DNA of 64,000 nucleotides from NCBI GenBank assembly GCA_951406725.2, contig OX597834.1:32798001-32862000 (forward strand), given 5' to 3'. The notes under the pieces are model-generated. The model did no database searches and was not told the origin of the DNA. It saw only the letters and a program-made list of their open reading frames with translations. Shown in pieces: positions 27,684 to 43,315 of the stretch (positions are counted from its first letter, which is position 1; each line of letters begins with the position of its first letter). Source of the DNA: Octopus vulgaris. Its lineage: Eukaryota. Made by a program: the position numbers and the translations under genes.

Positions 27684-27899
27684 GTCTGTGTGTGTATATG
27701 TATATCCGACGATCCAGCTTTCTGTGATGAGGCTATGAAACTTCAAGATGCATGGAATTCGATCAAAGTATTTTAAGCAATAATATCTGTATAACTCCTA
27801 TTAAATGTGTTGTGTACCTCTTTCCCTGTGGCACAGTACGGCACCCGCGAAAGGGAGAGTAAGTCGCCTTTTCCGTCCGAAGACTTGGATGACACTTTG

Positions 27900-28152
27900 G
27901 TGAAAGTTATTTCCCCGAGTTATACCGACTTATAAGGGTCGGTTTCCCGGTTTCCATGGCTACTATATTCCCCACCTGGACGAAACACCTGTCCGTCGCA
28001 CGGTTGCTCTATTTTGCCATTTGAGTGGAGTGAAACAACGTGAAATGGAGTGTTTTGCTCAAGAACACAACGCATCGTCCGGTCTAGGAGTCGAACCCAC
28101 AATCTTACGATCATGAGTCTAACACCCTACACCACTAAGCCACGTGCCTTCT
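27900..28152 (-). mobile_element. SINE family 3 (tRNA-derived). Related pieces near 31520-31725 (-), 47089-47148 (-) and 55035-55150 (+)
   Basis: Minus strand GTGGCTTAGTGG...GGTTCGACTCC (A/B boxes), followed by TTCTTGAGCAAAACAC. Confidence 0.8.
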
Positions 28153-28551
28153 CACAGGCACCTTGGGTATGTGCTAGCGGCTCCGTAGCACCCCGTGCTA
28201 GAGATAGGGTGAAGACGTCGGCAGCAGGACGTTGGATAACCGACAAGGAGGATGCAGGATGAGTCTGAGACCAACGTCTTGAAGGGTATTGCGGCCAAGC
28301 GGATCAACAAGCGAGTGAGTTGCCACTGCGGGACAGCCTCATAGTCGACTTTGCACGTTGCTCCCTTTAACACTACTGGGGATTTAGCATGAAGGCCCAC
28401 GGAGGGAATCTGGTGCTAATGGACTTCGACTGCCTCACTCACCGGCCACGGATTATATTTCCGAACAGAAGAACAGTCAAACAGTCACCGTCTCGACCTA
28501 CGACGGTGAGCCGACGACGACTACGAAGTCGACAACGCACATACATACACA

Positions 28552-28594
<43 letters not shown>

Positions 28595-28652
28595 CAAACG
28601 CAGTGGAAGCTAGCTAGATAAACAGATAGACAGACAGACAGATAGATAGATT

Positions 28653-28776
<124 letters not shown>

Positions 28777-28791
28777 TACAGACAGACTGAC

Positions 28792-28850
<59 letters not shown>

Positions 28851-28944
28851 CAGAGGTAGAGAGAGAGATAATACACGCACACATATACATATACGTGTAT
28901 AGATATAGACAAAGAACCAAGCAGAGAGTGAGAAAGATATTTCA

Positions 28945-29290
28945 TACATAAACAACGGTATCAGACCTATTATGTTTGTGCTTGGCACAAGTGGAATGTT
29001 CCACTAATACGCCTTGCGTTGATACGTATATGCGTATATTGAATAACAATAAGCATTGTGTATATTTATATGCTGTCCAGTCTTTCCTGCCTCTGGCATT
29101 GTACATTGTTTTAGCAACAACATCTTGTCGTAATGCAAGGTAGTACCTTGGTGACATTTTCGGGTGATTGCTGATCACGTGGCTGATGTCTTCTAACGGA
29201 AGTGTGACATACTTACGCTGTTGCATTATGGGGGTTTTTGAGAGCTTTGCTGTCTCTTTTGTTTGCTTTGAGTTTTCGTAGCTGTTTCTA
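28945..29290 (-). mobile_element. Second R4/Dong-like LINE fragment (zinc-knuckle to endonuclease region)
   Basis: EDISHVISNHPKMSPRYYLALRQDVVAK resembles H..S.C......Y..RHD.VAK; KHNRSD resembles HNRPD. Confidence 0.7.
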
Positions 29291-29315
29291 GCTCTCGCCT
29301 TTGTAAATAATATTT

Positions 29316-30980
29316 ATGTATGCATGTATGAATGTATGTATGTGTGTATGTATGTATGTATGTATGAATGTATGTATGTATGTATGTATGAATGTATGTA
29401 TGTATGTGTGTATGTATGTATGTATGTATGAATGTATGTATGTATGTATGTATGAATGTATGTATGTATGTGTGTATGTATGTATGTATGTATGAATGTA
29501 TGTATGTATGTATGTATGAATGTATGTATGTATGTGTGTATGTATGTATGTATGTATGAATGTATGTATGTATGTATGTATGAATGTATGTATGTATGTG
29601 TGTATGTATGTATGTATGTATGTGTGTGTATATATGTATGTATGTATGTATGCATGTATGTATGTATGTGTGTATGTGTGTGTGTATGTATGTATGTATG
29701 TATGTATGTATGTACGTATGTACGTATGTACGTATAAGTGTATGTGTGTATGTATGTATGTATGTATGTATGTATGTATGTATGTATGTATGTACGTATG
29801 TACGTATAAGTGTATGTGTGTATGTATGTATGTATGTATGTATGTATGCATGTATGTATGTATGTGTGTATATGTGTATGTATGTATGTATGTATGTACG
29901 TATGTATGTATGTATGCATGTATGTATGTATGTACAAATGTATGTATGTATGTATGTATGAATGTATGTATGTATGAGTTTATGTATGTATGTATGTACG
30001 AATGTATGTATGTATGTATGTATGTATGTATGTATGTATGTATGTATGTATGTATGTATGCATGTATATATGTATGTATGTGTGTATGTATGTATGTATG
30101 TATGTATGTATGTATGTGTGAGTTTGTATGTATGTATGAATGTATGTATGTATGAATGTATGTATGAATGTATGTATGTATGTATGTATGTATGTATGTA
30201 TGTATGTATGTATGTCTGTGTGTATATGTGTATGTATGTATGTATGTATGTATGTATGTATGTATGTATGTATGTATGTATGTATGTATGTATGTATGTA
30301 TGTATGTATGTATGTATGTACGTATGTATGAATGTATGTATGTATGTACGAATGTGTGTATGTATGTATGTATGTATGTATGTATGTATGTATATATGTA
30401 TGTATGTATGTATGTATGTGTGAGTTTGTATGTATGTATGAATGTATGTATGAATGTATGTATGAATGTATGTATGTATGTGTGTGTGTATGTGTGTATG
30501 TATGTATGTATGTATGTAAGTATGTATGTATGTATGTGTGTGTGTATGTATGTATGTTCGTATGTATGTATGTATGTACGTACGTACGTATGTATGTATG
30601 TATGTATGTATGTACGTATGTATGTATGTATGTATGTAAGTATGTATGTATGTATGTGTGTGTATGTATGTATGTATGTATGTACGTACGTATGTATGTA
30701 TGTATGTACGTATGTATGTATGTATGTATACATGTGTGTGTATGTATGTATGTATGCATGTATGTATGTATGTATGTATGTATGTATGAATGCATGTATG
30801 TATGTATGTATGTGGGTGTATGTGTGTATGTGTGTATGTATGTATGTATGTTTGTATGAATGTATGAATGTATGTGTGTATGTATGTATGAATGTATGTA
30901 TGTATGTATGCATGCATGTATGTACGTACGTACGTACATACGTATGTGTGTATGTATGTATGTATGTACGTATGTATGTA
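29316..30980. repeat. ~1.65 kb degenerate (TATG)n array
   Basis: Seen directly; variant units (TGAA, TACG, TGTG) recur in blocks. Confidence 0.97.
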
Positions 30981-31400
30981 TAGACGCTTGCAAACAGACA
31001 TGTATGTATATATTCATGCGTGCAAGCATGTATATATGCATGTAGATATGTATATGCTGTATACATGTATGTATGCATGCAGGCGTGTATGTATTTGCGC
31101 ATGTAGAGCACCTACATCAGTAGCAGGGCGTAGAAGGGAGAGTAAATCGCGCTTTTTGCACCATTGGGCAAACCCTAGCAACCCCTTAGCCTCTCGTGCC
31201 ACATATATATATGCTATGCGTCTATACATACATACATACATACGTACGTACATACATACATACATACATACATGCATACATGCATGCATGCATACATACA
31301 TACATACATACATACATACGTATGTATGTATGTATGTATGTATGTATGTATGTATGTATGTATGTATGTATGTGTATATATATATATATATGTATGTGTG

Positions 31401-31449
<49 letters not shown>

Positions 31450-31830
31450 ACACACATATATATATATGTAAGAAGAAAAAAAATTAAAAGAATAAATGTC
31501 CAGCTAGAGGCTTAGAGAATCATAAGGCTGGTTCCTCGGTTTCTGTGACGTGTATTCTCGCCGATCCCCGGGGCGGCTCATTGATCTTTCACAGGATTGA
31601 TCCTTGGAGAAACCTGAAATGAAGTGTTTTGCTCAAGAACGCAAATCATTGACTAGTCTAGGAATCGAAACCACAATCTTATGATCAGGAGTCCGACATG
31701 CCTAACCACTAAGCCACGCACCCCCACTAGTTTGTAATACGTGCTTGTATATGACATTAGATAGACATGTGGAGATAAGTGTGTGTGTGTGTGTGCATGT
31801 GTATATGTATGTGTGTGTGTGCGTATGTGC

Positions 31831-31874
<44 letters not shown>

Positions 31875-33503
31875 AGAATTTACAACAAAAAAAAGACAAA
31901 GACAGGTGGTGTAAACAACTAACAGATGTATTAGTTTAACGTTCTGGAAGTGAGAAAGTCTTTTACGTTTCGAGTCTAAGCTCTTGGACAGAAACGAATA
32001 GGCATAGAAAATAAAATAAAATATATATATAGGTACAGGAGTGGCTGTGTGGTAAGTAGCTTGCTTACCAACGACATGGTTCCGGGCTCAATCCCACTGC
32101 ATGGCACCTTGGGCAAGTGTCTTCTACTATAGCCTCGGGCCGACCAAAGCCTTGTGAGTGGATTTGGTAGACGGAAACTGAAAGAAGCCCGTCGTATATA
32201 TATATATATATATCTGTGTGTGTGTGTGTGTTTGTACCCCCCCCCCAACATCGCTTGACAACTGAAGCTAGTGTGTTTACGTCCCCGTAGCTTAGCGGTT
32301 CGGCAAGAGAGAACGATAGAATTAGTACAAGGCTTACAAAGAATAAGTCCTGGGGTCGGTTTGCTCGACTAAAGACTGAAACAAGTAAAAGAGTAAAAGA
32401 GTATATATCTTTCAGTTTCCGTCTACCAAATTCCACTCATAAGGCCTTGGTCAGCCCGCGCTATATGAAAAGACATTTGACCAACGTACCACCCAGTGGG
32501 GGCGAAACCGGAACCATGTGGCTGGGAAGCAAGTTACTTACCGCACAACAACGCCTACGTGGCTGCGTGGTGTGCGTGTGTATAACATTGTTCAGTTTAA
32601 TATCAAGATTTCTTCCCAATAGAAAAAGTGCCGGTTTCTAACCTAGACCTAAGGCTCCTTCATTGGAATTTCAACATCAACAACAGGGTATTTTTGTATG
32701 TTTGTACGTACGTATGTGTACAGATTTGTATGCTTTCTTTTATGTATGTATTCTCATGCATACAGTTACATATCTAGACATGTTCATATATATTTAAACA
32801 ATAAACTTCTAGAAAGTTTTACGGATTTTTACAGTTCCTATGATGGATTGGATCTGCAGTCTTCGAATTAGCTTTCTCCTTTCTGGCTTTGAGAAGCCTA
32901 ATTTCTCAAGATTCGTATTTAGGTAGTGTGTTACATATCCTAGGGCCCCAATATGTATGTATGTACGTACGTACGTATGTATGTATGTATGTATGTATGT
33001 ATGTATGTATGTATGTATGAATGTATGTATGTATGTATGTATGTATGTATGTATGTATGTATGTATGTATGTATGTATGTATGTATGTATGTATGTGTAT
33101 GTATGTATGTATGTGTATGTATGTATGTATGTATGTATGTATGTATGTATGTATGTATGTATGTATGAATGTGTATGTATGTATGTGTATGTAGGTATGT
33201 ATGTATATATGCATGTGTGTGTATGTATGTATGTATGTATGTATGTATGTATGTATGTATGTATGTATGTATGTATGTATGTATGTATGTATGTATGTAT
33301 GTATGTATGTATGTATGTATGTATGTGTGTGTATGTATGTATGTATGTATGTATGTATGTACAATATTAGTATCTAGTCACAAGGACAAATTATTTTGTT
33401 GTTAATTCCTACGATAAAATAATGGCTGACACAATTTTTTTTATTTTCATTTTCAATTTTGTTCCGTGTCAACTTGGTGACTTCATCAGCGGGCAATAAA
33501 TTG

Positions 33504-33571
<68 letters not shown>

Positions 33572-33632
33572 AACACGCACATTCTCTCTTTTTTTCTCTT
33601 TTACTTTCCCTCTATCTTTCTCTCACCACACC

Positions 33633-33702
<70 letters not shown>

Positions 33703-34031
33703 AAAGCCACTCTCTTATTTGATGTTATGGATATTAGCTGTTGTGAAATCCTGGTGCGGCATGACGTCACAGCGTTATGGCCGAGCCTAGAACAGGAGAC
33801 ATGTGCAGGTGGTGGTGGTGGTGGCGGTGGAAGTGGAAGAGGTGGCGCTGGTGGGGGTGCTGGTGGATATGGTGGAGGAATGGTGGTGGTGGAGGAGAAG
33901 GTGGTGTCTATGTGGGGGTGGGGGGTGCGATGATAGCGTTGGTGTGTGGTGGCGGTTTCGGTGGTGATGTCCTCTCGAGCCGATAGACTCTCCCAAAAAG
34001 GCTGCTGGCACCAAGAATATCAACACCACAC

Positions 34032-34074
<43 letters not shown>

Positions 34075-35089
34075 AATGCTGCCATTAACAAATCCACCAC
34101 CATCACCATGTACAACAACAACAACATCACGAGTCGTAGAACAGAGCCACTGTATAACCTTTAATATAAATAAGAGAAAGACGGGATGGGCACGGCTGGC
34201 ATACATTTGATTAAAGGTCTACTCATTGAGGGAAGGTCTGAGGTTAAAACAGCAACAACAACAACAACGACAATAATGAGGTCGGCGAGGGATCTTTTTC
34301 TTGGTCACTCGATCTTCTAGGAACCATAGCCAAATCTCCGTCAAATCTAGCAACGTGTCTGCGGGTAGGGGTAGGGATGGGGCGACGCAGCCGGTCCGAA
34401 CCAGATGATGCTTTTGTGGGGGGTGAGGCGGCACTTTTGTGTCTGCTGTATAAGTCTATAACAGGTTTGGCGGCCCGAGGTGCAGCGGGAAACACGGACC
34501 GAGCGGGAAACACCCCGGTCGGCACACGATCTTGTTACCCCGCAGCTCAAATCATATCCTTTGAAAAACTTAGTTAACCTCGATAAGGCCTCTAATCAGC
34601 GCTGGATTAACCATTAAGCAAAATGACCGTGTCCTTAGGCCATCAAAGGAAGCAGGGGCGTCACAGAAATGGTAAATAGTTTACGGCACAAAAGAAATCG
34701 CTTAAAACTCGCTAAAATAATACTGAAAGTGATTTCTATGATCGGAAATAGAATTTCGAAGTGTTCTTGATGTGATCTGATCAAAGACTTAGCAGCTATA
34801 AGAAAAAGTCGAAAACTCTCTCTCTGTCTCTCTGTCTGTCTGTCTCTCTCTCTCTCTCACACACACACACACCAGACACACATGCACACACACATGCACA
34901 CATACATGTACACACACATACACACACAGATGTGCATGTCTGTTTATGTATGTATGTATGTATCTATTTATATACTATCCATCCATCCATACAAATATAT
35001 ACATATGTATATATATATATATGAAGAAAGGTATGGTCCGAATGTATGTGTATACATAAGTGTGTGTGTGTGTGTGTGTGTACGTATAC

Positions 35090-35124
<35 letters not shown>

Positions 35125-35799
35125 CGTTTGTTTGTGTATATATATATACACGCATACCCACACATATATATAAATACATGCATACATATATGGAGAAAGG
35201 TATGGCTCGAATGTATCTATATATATATGTATTTGTATGGGTGTGTGTGTATATATATATGCGCACATGTATTTAAACATATATATTAACACACACACAA
35301 ATTACGCGCACATGTTCGGGTCATACCCTTCCTTCAACACCGTAGAAATAATTGATGCAGCTGACGACACAAACCCATCAATATAGGTGACCACATCAAA
35401 GACACTTACGAAGAAGACAGCACGAAAAACTACTCTACCACAACAACAACCACAACAACAACAACAACAACAACAACAGCAACTACAACAACAACAACAA
35501 CAGCAACTACAGCCACAACAGTTCGAGGCTGGCGACCATGATGGCGGACGACAACGATGGCGGACGACGTACAAGAAGACACATTGCGTTCTATAGATAG
35601 ATACTATTTATATGAAATTGGCCACGGACGGTGATTCTATCCTCATCCATCACACTTCAATGGGCTTCTAGTGGCTAGCCATTGGTACTACACTCGTGTA
35701 TTTGCTATTGTCTTCTATTTCTGGTTCCTCTTGATCACGACACCTGGACAGCGCGTGTGCATGTGTGTGTACAAATGTCTGATTGTCTTGCACATGTGG

Positions 35800-35832
<33 letters not shown>

Positions 35833-35888
35833 CAAGTGTTTTCCAAAAATGCACCTAAGTGCGCTTCTGTATGTCTTCATAAATATGC

Positions 35889-35945
<57 letters not shown>

Positions 35946-36156
35946 TATGTATACAAACATATATGTGTAGATAAACAAATGCATATATATGTGTATGTAT
36001 ACATGTATGTGTGTGTGTGTAGTGTGTGTGCTTTCGAATGTCTATTGTCTGATTCCAGGTATAGTGATTTATTTTTAGGCTGTAATAATGGTCAGTGTAT
36101 ATTTATATACACTCCTTTGTGATATTTATATCAGCTGCACACGAACAGGCAACACC

Positions 36157-36201
<45 letters not shown>

Positions 36202-36232
36202 TACACACACGTACATATATATGCATACATAA

Positions 36233-36289
<57 letters not shown>

Positions 36290-36499
36290 TACATACATAC
36301 ACACACATATAGATAGAACAATAGAGAGAGAAGAGAGAGAGACGGACAGAGATACATAAATAGATATATAAATATAGAATAGACATACATATATGTATAT
36401 GAATTTGTATATGTTTCATATACAGCATATATATATATATATATATATACGTACATTTTTACGCACATTTATACATGCATATATACTAACCATCAACAT

Positions 36500-36535
<36 letters not shown>

Positions 36536-37098
36536 TCCTCTGTATATCCATACACACACAAACACACACATATACGTAGCCTTCTCATGCACTGACAATC
36601 ATACACACAGACAACTACACACACACACATGTATATATACATAATACATACTCAATAACACGCTCACACACACACACACACAAACACGCACACACATACA
36701 CACACACACGTTGTAAGTCCATCACATACACACATCGCATCGTGTACAAAATTTTGTCACTCTTGTGCGACACAAGAAAACCAGATATGCACATGTCGGT
36801 ACACGTGCACCGAAAGAGCTAATTGTAAACCATATAACAACTCTAAAATGGAGATCTGTGCAAGATATACGCGGTTATCAGCTTCTATTTGTGCAGCAAA
36901 GTGATGCAATGTGCAGCAATGCAATATTAGCTCTCATCTCTAAAATGTCAAACGCAACTAGCCTACCTGTAATTAAAACTCAATGCTACAGGTATGCCAG
37001 CGGCGAGACTGTCCTTTGAATCGAAGTATGTAAGAGGCAGACAGATCGACAGACAGACAGACAGATAGGGACGGAGATATACATACATACATACATAT

Positions 37099-37187
<89 letters not shown>

Positions 37188-37248
37188 TATATGTATGTAT
37201 ATTTATGTATGTATATCACTGTCCCTATCTGTCTGTCTTTTACATACT

Positions 37249-37351
<103 letters not shown>

Positions 37352-37649
37352 ATACACACACATACATATATGTGCGTATTTATATCTATGTGATACTTTA
37401 CTAAATGGAAAAGCATAGAAACACACACACACATTCATAGAGGATGAGAGAGATTGATAGACAAACAGAAAACGGATGGACGGATGGATGGATGGATGGG
37501 TGGATGGATGGATGGATGGATATATGGATGGATGGATGGATGGATGGATGGACGGATGGATGGATGGATAGACGTCTGGGTAGATCAAGAGCGAGGTATA
37601 TAAATAGATACGTTGAAGAGATGAAAATGACAGATGGATAGACAGATTA

Positions 37650-37698
<49 letters not shown>

Positions 37699-37880
37699 GA
37701 AAGATAATTAGATAGCTAGACAGATAGATAGATCGATAAATAGATACATAGAAACACACATACACACTCACAAATACACACCCATGTATGTATGTATGTA
37801 TGTATGTATATGAGTGTGTCTATGAATTGATTGTGTTTACAAACGAATATGAGAGCACTCCACAGAATAAGGATAACCAA

Positions 37881-37960
<80 letters not shown>

Positions 37961-38173
37961 CATTGGACGCTGAAGGGTATTTGGTTTCGAGTCGTTACTC
38001 CGAGTTTCACTTTGCTGGTTAAATATTTAAGCGTGACACCTTGGGCAAGTGTCTTCTACTATAGCCTCGGGACGACCAAAGTCTTGTGAGCAGATTTTGT
38101 AGACGGAAACTTAAAGAAGCCCGTTCGTGTTGGTGTTTTTTCTTGCTTGTTCATGTTTGGATTGACTATATAT

Positions 38174-38237
<64 letters not shown>

Positions 38238-38239
38238 AT

Positions 38240-38292
<53 letters not shown>

Positions 38293-38293
38293 C

Positions 38294-38327
<34 letters not shown>

Positions 38328-39164
38328 GTGTGTGTGTGAGTGTGTGTACGTATGTATGTATGTATGTATGTATGTATGTACATATGCATGTATGTCTTTG
38401 TGTCTGTTCTTCCATCACCATTTGACAACTGCTGTTGGTATGTTTACGTCCCTGTAGCTTAGCGGTTCGGCAAAGCAGATCGATACAATAAGTACTGCGG
38501 GTCGATCTGTTCCACTGAAACCCTTCAAGGCGGTGCTCCAGTTTGGCCGCAGTCAGACGACCGGAACAAATAAAAAAAATAAATCAGATCTTTGCTTCTC
38601 AATAAGGGTCCATGTGCCCCCCCCCGTTGGTCCATATATTTTTTCGGGGTTCGCAAAAGCAGAATAGTAAATTGGGGTTCCACGGTAATATTTTAAGGGT
38701 TCACGAAAAGAAAATTGCATTTATTGCAAGAAACAGCAATGTTTCTTTCTCTTATGTTTTACAAAGTTCCACATGTTTCCGGTCACATGTTTCCGGTCAC
38801 TGAAGCATGCTCTTTCAGTTGGATGCCATTTGAAACTTACGGAGGTGTGGCCTTGTGGCAAGAAGATTGCTGTGAAGAGCCCTGTGAGTGGATTTGGTAG
38901 ACGGAAACTGAAAGAAGCCTGTCGTATATATATATATGTATATGTGTGTGTGTGTGTGTATATGTATATGCTTGTATGTCTGTGTTTCTTCCCCCACTAT
39001 CGCTTGACAACTGATGTTGGTGTGTTACGTCCCCGTAACCTAGCGGTTCGGCAAAAGAGATCGATAGAATAAGTACTAAGTCTACAAAGAATAAGTCCTG
39101 GGGTCGGTATGCTCGACTAAAGGCGGTACTCCATCATGGCTGCAGTCAAATGACTGAAACAAAA

Positions 39165-39216
<52 letters not shown>

Positions 39217-39385
39217 TAATTACTCAATAGTCAAGATAAAACTCTGAGTTTCAGATGCCGAAGTGGTGAAACTCAGAGTTTTATCTTGACTATTGAGTAA
39301 TTGTAACATATATTTTATAGATAAATTTCCTCTATTTACATAATATTGAGGTCTCTTTCTTTCTTTTGTTATCTTACCGTTTTTA

Positions 39386-39435
<50 letters not shown>

Positions 39436-39601
39436 ATAATATATTATTAATATTAGGAAATCAATATTAAAACTCCTCAGAAAGATATACACGTGTGAAA
39501 AATAATTGTTGTATTAAAAATATATAGATAAATAAATATAAATAAGTATAAATATATAATGTATATGACAGTTTAAATTTTTGATTAAATTCATTTAAAG
39601 C

Positions 39602-39690
39602 ATCTTACGATCGTTTCACAGAAGAGTTGTCCCTATAATGAAATCCTATATTGATAAGCATTTATAGACAATGCTTCTGCTCTTCAGATA
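39602..39690 (-). ncRNA. Hammerhead ribozyme-like motif with long stem II
   Basis: CUGAAGA; stem II GCAGAAG/CUUCUGU extended by UUGUC/GACAA; GAA; palindromic ACGAUCGU; GUA site; weak stem I. Confidence 0.65.
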
Positions 39691-39849
39691 TATAAAAGTT
39701 GAATTCTGTATAACATATCGAATGGTAGGTTTTTTTTTTATATTTGAAGTAAAACTATAAAATGGTGTTTGTTTTGTACTTTCTCCTGCACCTGTTCTTT
39801 CTTTTGCTCTTTCTTTTGTTCCTTTTCCGTTGTCTCTTTGCTTTGTGTA

Positions 39850-40345
39850 AATTCATATAAGGGACACTCAGTCCTTATGTGTCCTCGTACTCCGTCCGCA
39901 TGTATAGCAATTAGGTCTCCTTCCCTCGGCTACAACGTTTAACGTCATTTCATTCTCAACCTCGATCTGGAAGGGGATTCTCTCGATGTCTTCAGTTGTG
40001 GCGACAAGCCACATTTCGACTCCGAAGCCCCGCCAGTTCAACGTATTTGTTTCACCTACTGGACCCAGTTCGAGTTCGTCCACTGTAGGCGCCAGTATCG
40101 CTGCAACCAACCATTCAGTTTTTATTTCCGGAGGCACTCTCTCGATTTTGACCCTGACGCTTCGTCCTCCTCTGTAGGTGGGCAACAATGCAATCCTTTC
40201 CGTTCTTAGGATGGTGGTGGAGTGCGAGGCCGCCTCTTCCTTAGTGGTAAACCTCACCTCCACCGTACCGAATTTCTTCCCTCTGCCAACATAGGTTGCT
40301 TTTTCCATCACTTCTCCAAGGCACTCTTCAATTTCTTCCTGAACT
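39850..40345 (-). mobile_element. LINE ORF1 (gag-like) fragment with CCHC zinc knuckle broken by a 4-nt duplication
   Basis: RSVRVKIERVPPEI...VVAEGRRPNCYTCG; removing the duplicated CGGA restores CYTCGVRGHIRTECP (CX2CX4HX4C). Confidence 0.85.
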
Positions 40346-40363
40346 TTTTTGTTTTATTTCAAA

Positions 40364-40747
40364 CTAGCAGTATCGCCCGGCGTTGCTCAGGTTTGTAAGG
40401 GAAATAACTATAAAGCATTTTTAGAGAGTTATAGCCAAAAAATAGCAAAAAAATGGAAAAAAAATGATGGTAAATTTTTTTTGAGAGTTAAAAAAGGTAG
40501 AGTTGCGTCCCCTAGACGGTCTGTGGTTTGGGTTTCTAATTCTCGACCCCATGTCGAATTTATCGATTTTTTCAGAACTGGGGGAACTTTTCAAAATTTT
40601 CGCTGCGTTAGTTTTGAATTATGACATTGGGCTATGTGTGTGTCAAGTTTCATCAGAATCGGTTGAAAGCCGTGGTCAGAGTGAGGGTACGAGAAAACAG
40701 ACACACAGAAACACGCACAGACAAACTGCCGTTTATATAGAGAGAGA
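40364..40747 (-). mobile_element. Non-autonomous Helitron, same subfamily as 56683-57066
   Basis: TC...hairpin-CTAG ends, A|T insertion site, close match to the 56683 copy. Confidence 0.85.
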
Positions 40748-41043
40748 TAAGTCCTGGTATTGATTCCTTCTATTAAACATGCTTCAGGGCGATGCCCCAG
40801 CATGGCCGCATTCTAATGACTGATACTAATAAAATTTAAATCGAACAAGAGAATGGGACTTTGTGTTTCTGGGGCGTGGTTTAAGTAATACTCGGTTGCT
40901 ATTTCTAGCAGTTTTAACAACCTCCTGAAGGCAATCTCATCCATCATTCTCGCCGTCGTAGCCGTCATCATCATCATCATCATCATTATCATGATCATCA
41001 CCACTACCACCACCATCTCCACCTCCACCACCACAATCATCAA

Positions 41044-41078
<35 letters not shown>

Positions 41079-41152
41079 CCATCATCATCACCATCATCAT
41101 CATCATCATCATCATCATCACCATCACCATCACCATCACCATCATCATCATC

Positions 41153-41237
<85 letters not shown>

Positions 41238-41609
41238 GCAGCAGCAGCAGCAGCATCAGCATCATCGTGTCATCAACCTCTTTCTCACTCTTGAACGCCG
41301 TTCCCCACCACCACCACCACCATCACCACCATCACTTTCTCTCACCTTTGCATCCACACACAACCACCGTCCCCTCCCTCCACTCTCCCCACCACTTCAT
41401 TCCCCCACTCCACTCCACACCGACAACGCCCTCCTCCTTCTCCACCATCATCACATCGCATCTCCATCTTGACCTTTCATTGCTTGTCATTCCAACCGTC
41501 GTCGTCGTCATCAAAAAACACCTTTCCTCCATTGCTCCCGCAGTTGCCGCTGTAGTTGCTGCTAGTGATGGTGGCGGCGGTGGTGGTACTCATGGTGGTG
41601 ACGGTGTGG

Positions 41610-41641
<32 letters not shown>

Positions 41642-41809
41642 GCAGTTGGTGATGTTGTTGTTGTTAGTGTCGTTAAGTAGAGAATGTGTCACAGCTGTTG
41701 TTGTTCTTCAGGTGAAAACTGCTAATAACTTCAATAGTAAAAGAAATACAGAAACAATGCCGGTTCCCTCTTCTCTGTGTGTGTGTGTGTGTGTGTATGC
41801 GCTCGTGTA

Positions 41810-41840
<31 letters not shown>

Positions 41841-41959
41841 CTGTACGTGCGTGTGAGTGTGTGTGCGTGTGTGCCCGATCGTGTATATAAGTGTATATAT
41901 AAGTATATGTAAGCCTATATGTATGTGTGTGTACGTATATATATGTGTGTGTGTATATG

Positions 41960-42085
<126 letters not shown>

Positions 42086-42089
42086 TTGG

Positions 42090-42158
<69 letters not shown>

Positions 42159-42371
42159 CCCTCCGTCCATCCATCCATACATACATACATTATCTTCAGT
42201 GAGCTTTTCGTATTTCGAATTAGCACAGAGATGTGAGTCGTTAGTTTATTATTAAGTACGACAATATACGAGCCATTTACATGTTTTCGGCTACTGAAAC
42301 AAATTTGTAGTGATTTTTCAATGCTAATTGTTAAGTAAATTCATTATTTTCCTTCATCATTTATATTATTA

Positions 42372-42415
<44 letters not shown>

Positions 42416-42514
42416 AACACGTACACAATACATCAACATACATTCATATGCGATATATATGATATATGTGTATGTATGTATGTCTCTATATCTAACTATC
42501 TATCTATCTCTCTC

Positions 42515-42794
<280 letters not shown>

Positions 42795-43315
42795 TCAAGA
42801 CATCATAAAGAAGAATGGAGGATTTATACATCTTCAAAACTTGTTTATTACATTTTTTATTCTCATTAAATTCACATTAGATTGCAATCCGACACGTGTT
42901 TCTGCTGCATAAGTGTCGTAACGCCAATTGCACCAGTATTTATGTGCATTCAGTTGACTTAAATTTAAAATTAGTTGCAGTGCAGATTTATCCATGGTAG
43001 AAACTCCTATACGGCTCTGTTCAATGCTTTGCCCATGCCAGTGGGTGAAACGCATCCACCCACATGGGTGAAACGCATCTGCCCACATGGGTGAAACCTT
43101 GAAGAAAGCTGCATAAGAACATCTACTCTTGATGAATAAGTATTGCAACTGAACCGGCTAAATGCACATAAATGTTGCACTAAAGGAAATGAGGATACTT
43201 ATGCAGCAGAAACACGTGTCGGATTGGAATCTACCGTGAATTTGATGAGAATAATTCTTTAAAAAAACAAGTTTTGAAGACTTATAATTCTCCATTCTTC
43301 CTTACGATATCTCGA
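42795..43315. mobile_element. Penelope-like inverted-repeat element beside a ~260 bp (TA)n tract, with a hammerhead-like motif at 43097-43222 (+)
   Basis: ~120 bp inverted arms (42795-42914 and 43197-43315); UUGAAGA, 10 bp stem GCUGCAUAAG/CUUAUGCAGC, GAA-ACACGUGU-C. Confidence 0.65.

Noticed and set aside
28370-28435. HDV-like ribozyme on the minus strand (GATT-CCC-TCCGT-GGG...GCTAAATC)
   Set aside because: P1 pairing is poor and P1.1/P4 are missing.
29226-31111. 591 and 607 aa ORFs
   Set aside because: Stop-free reading of (CATA)n; no coding complexity.
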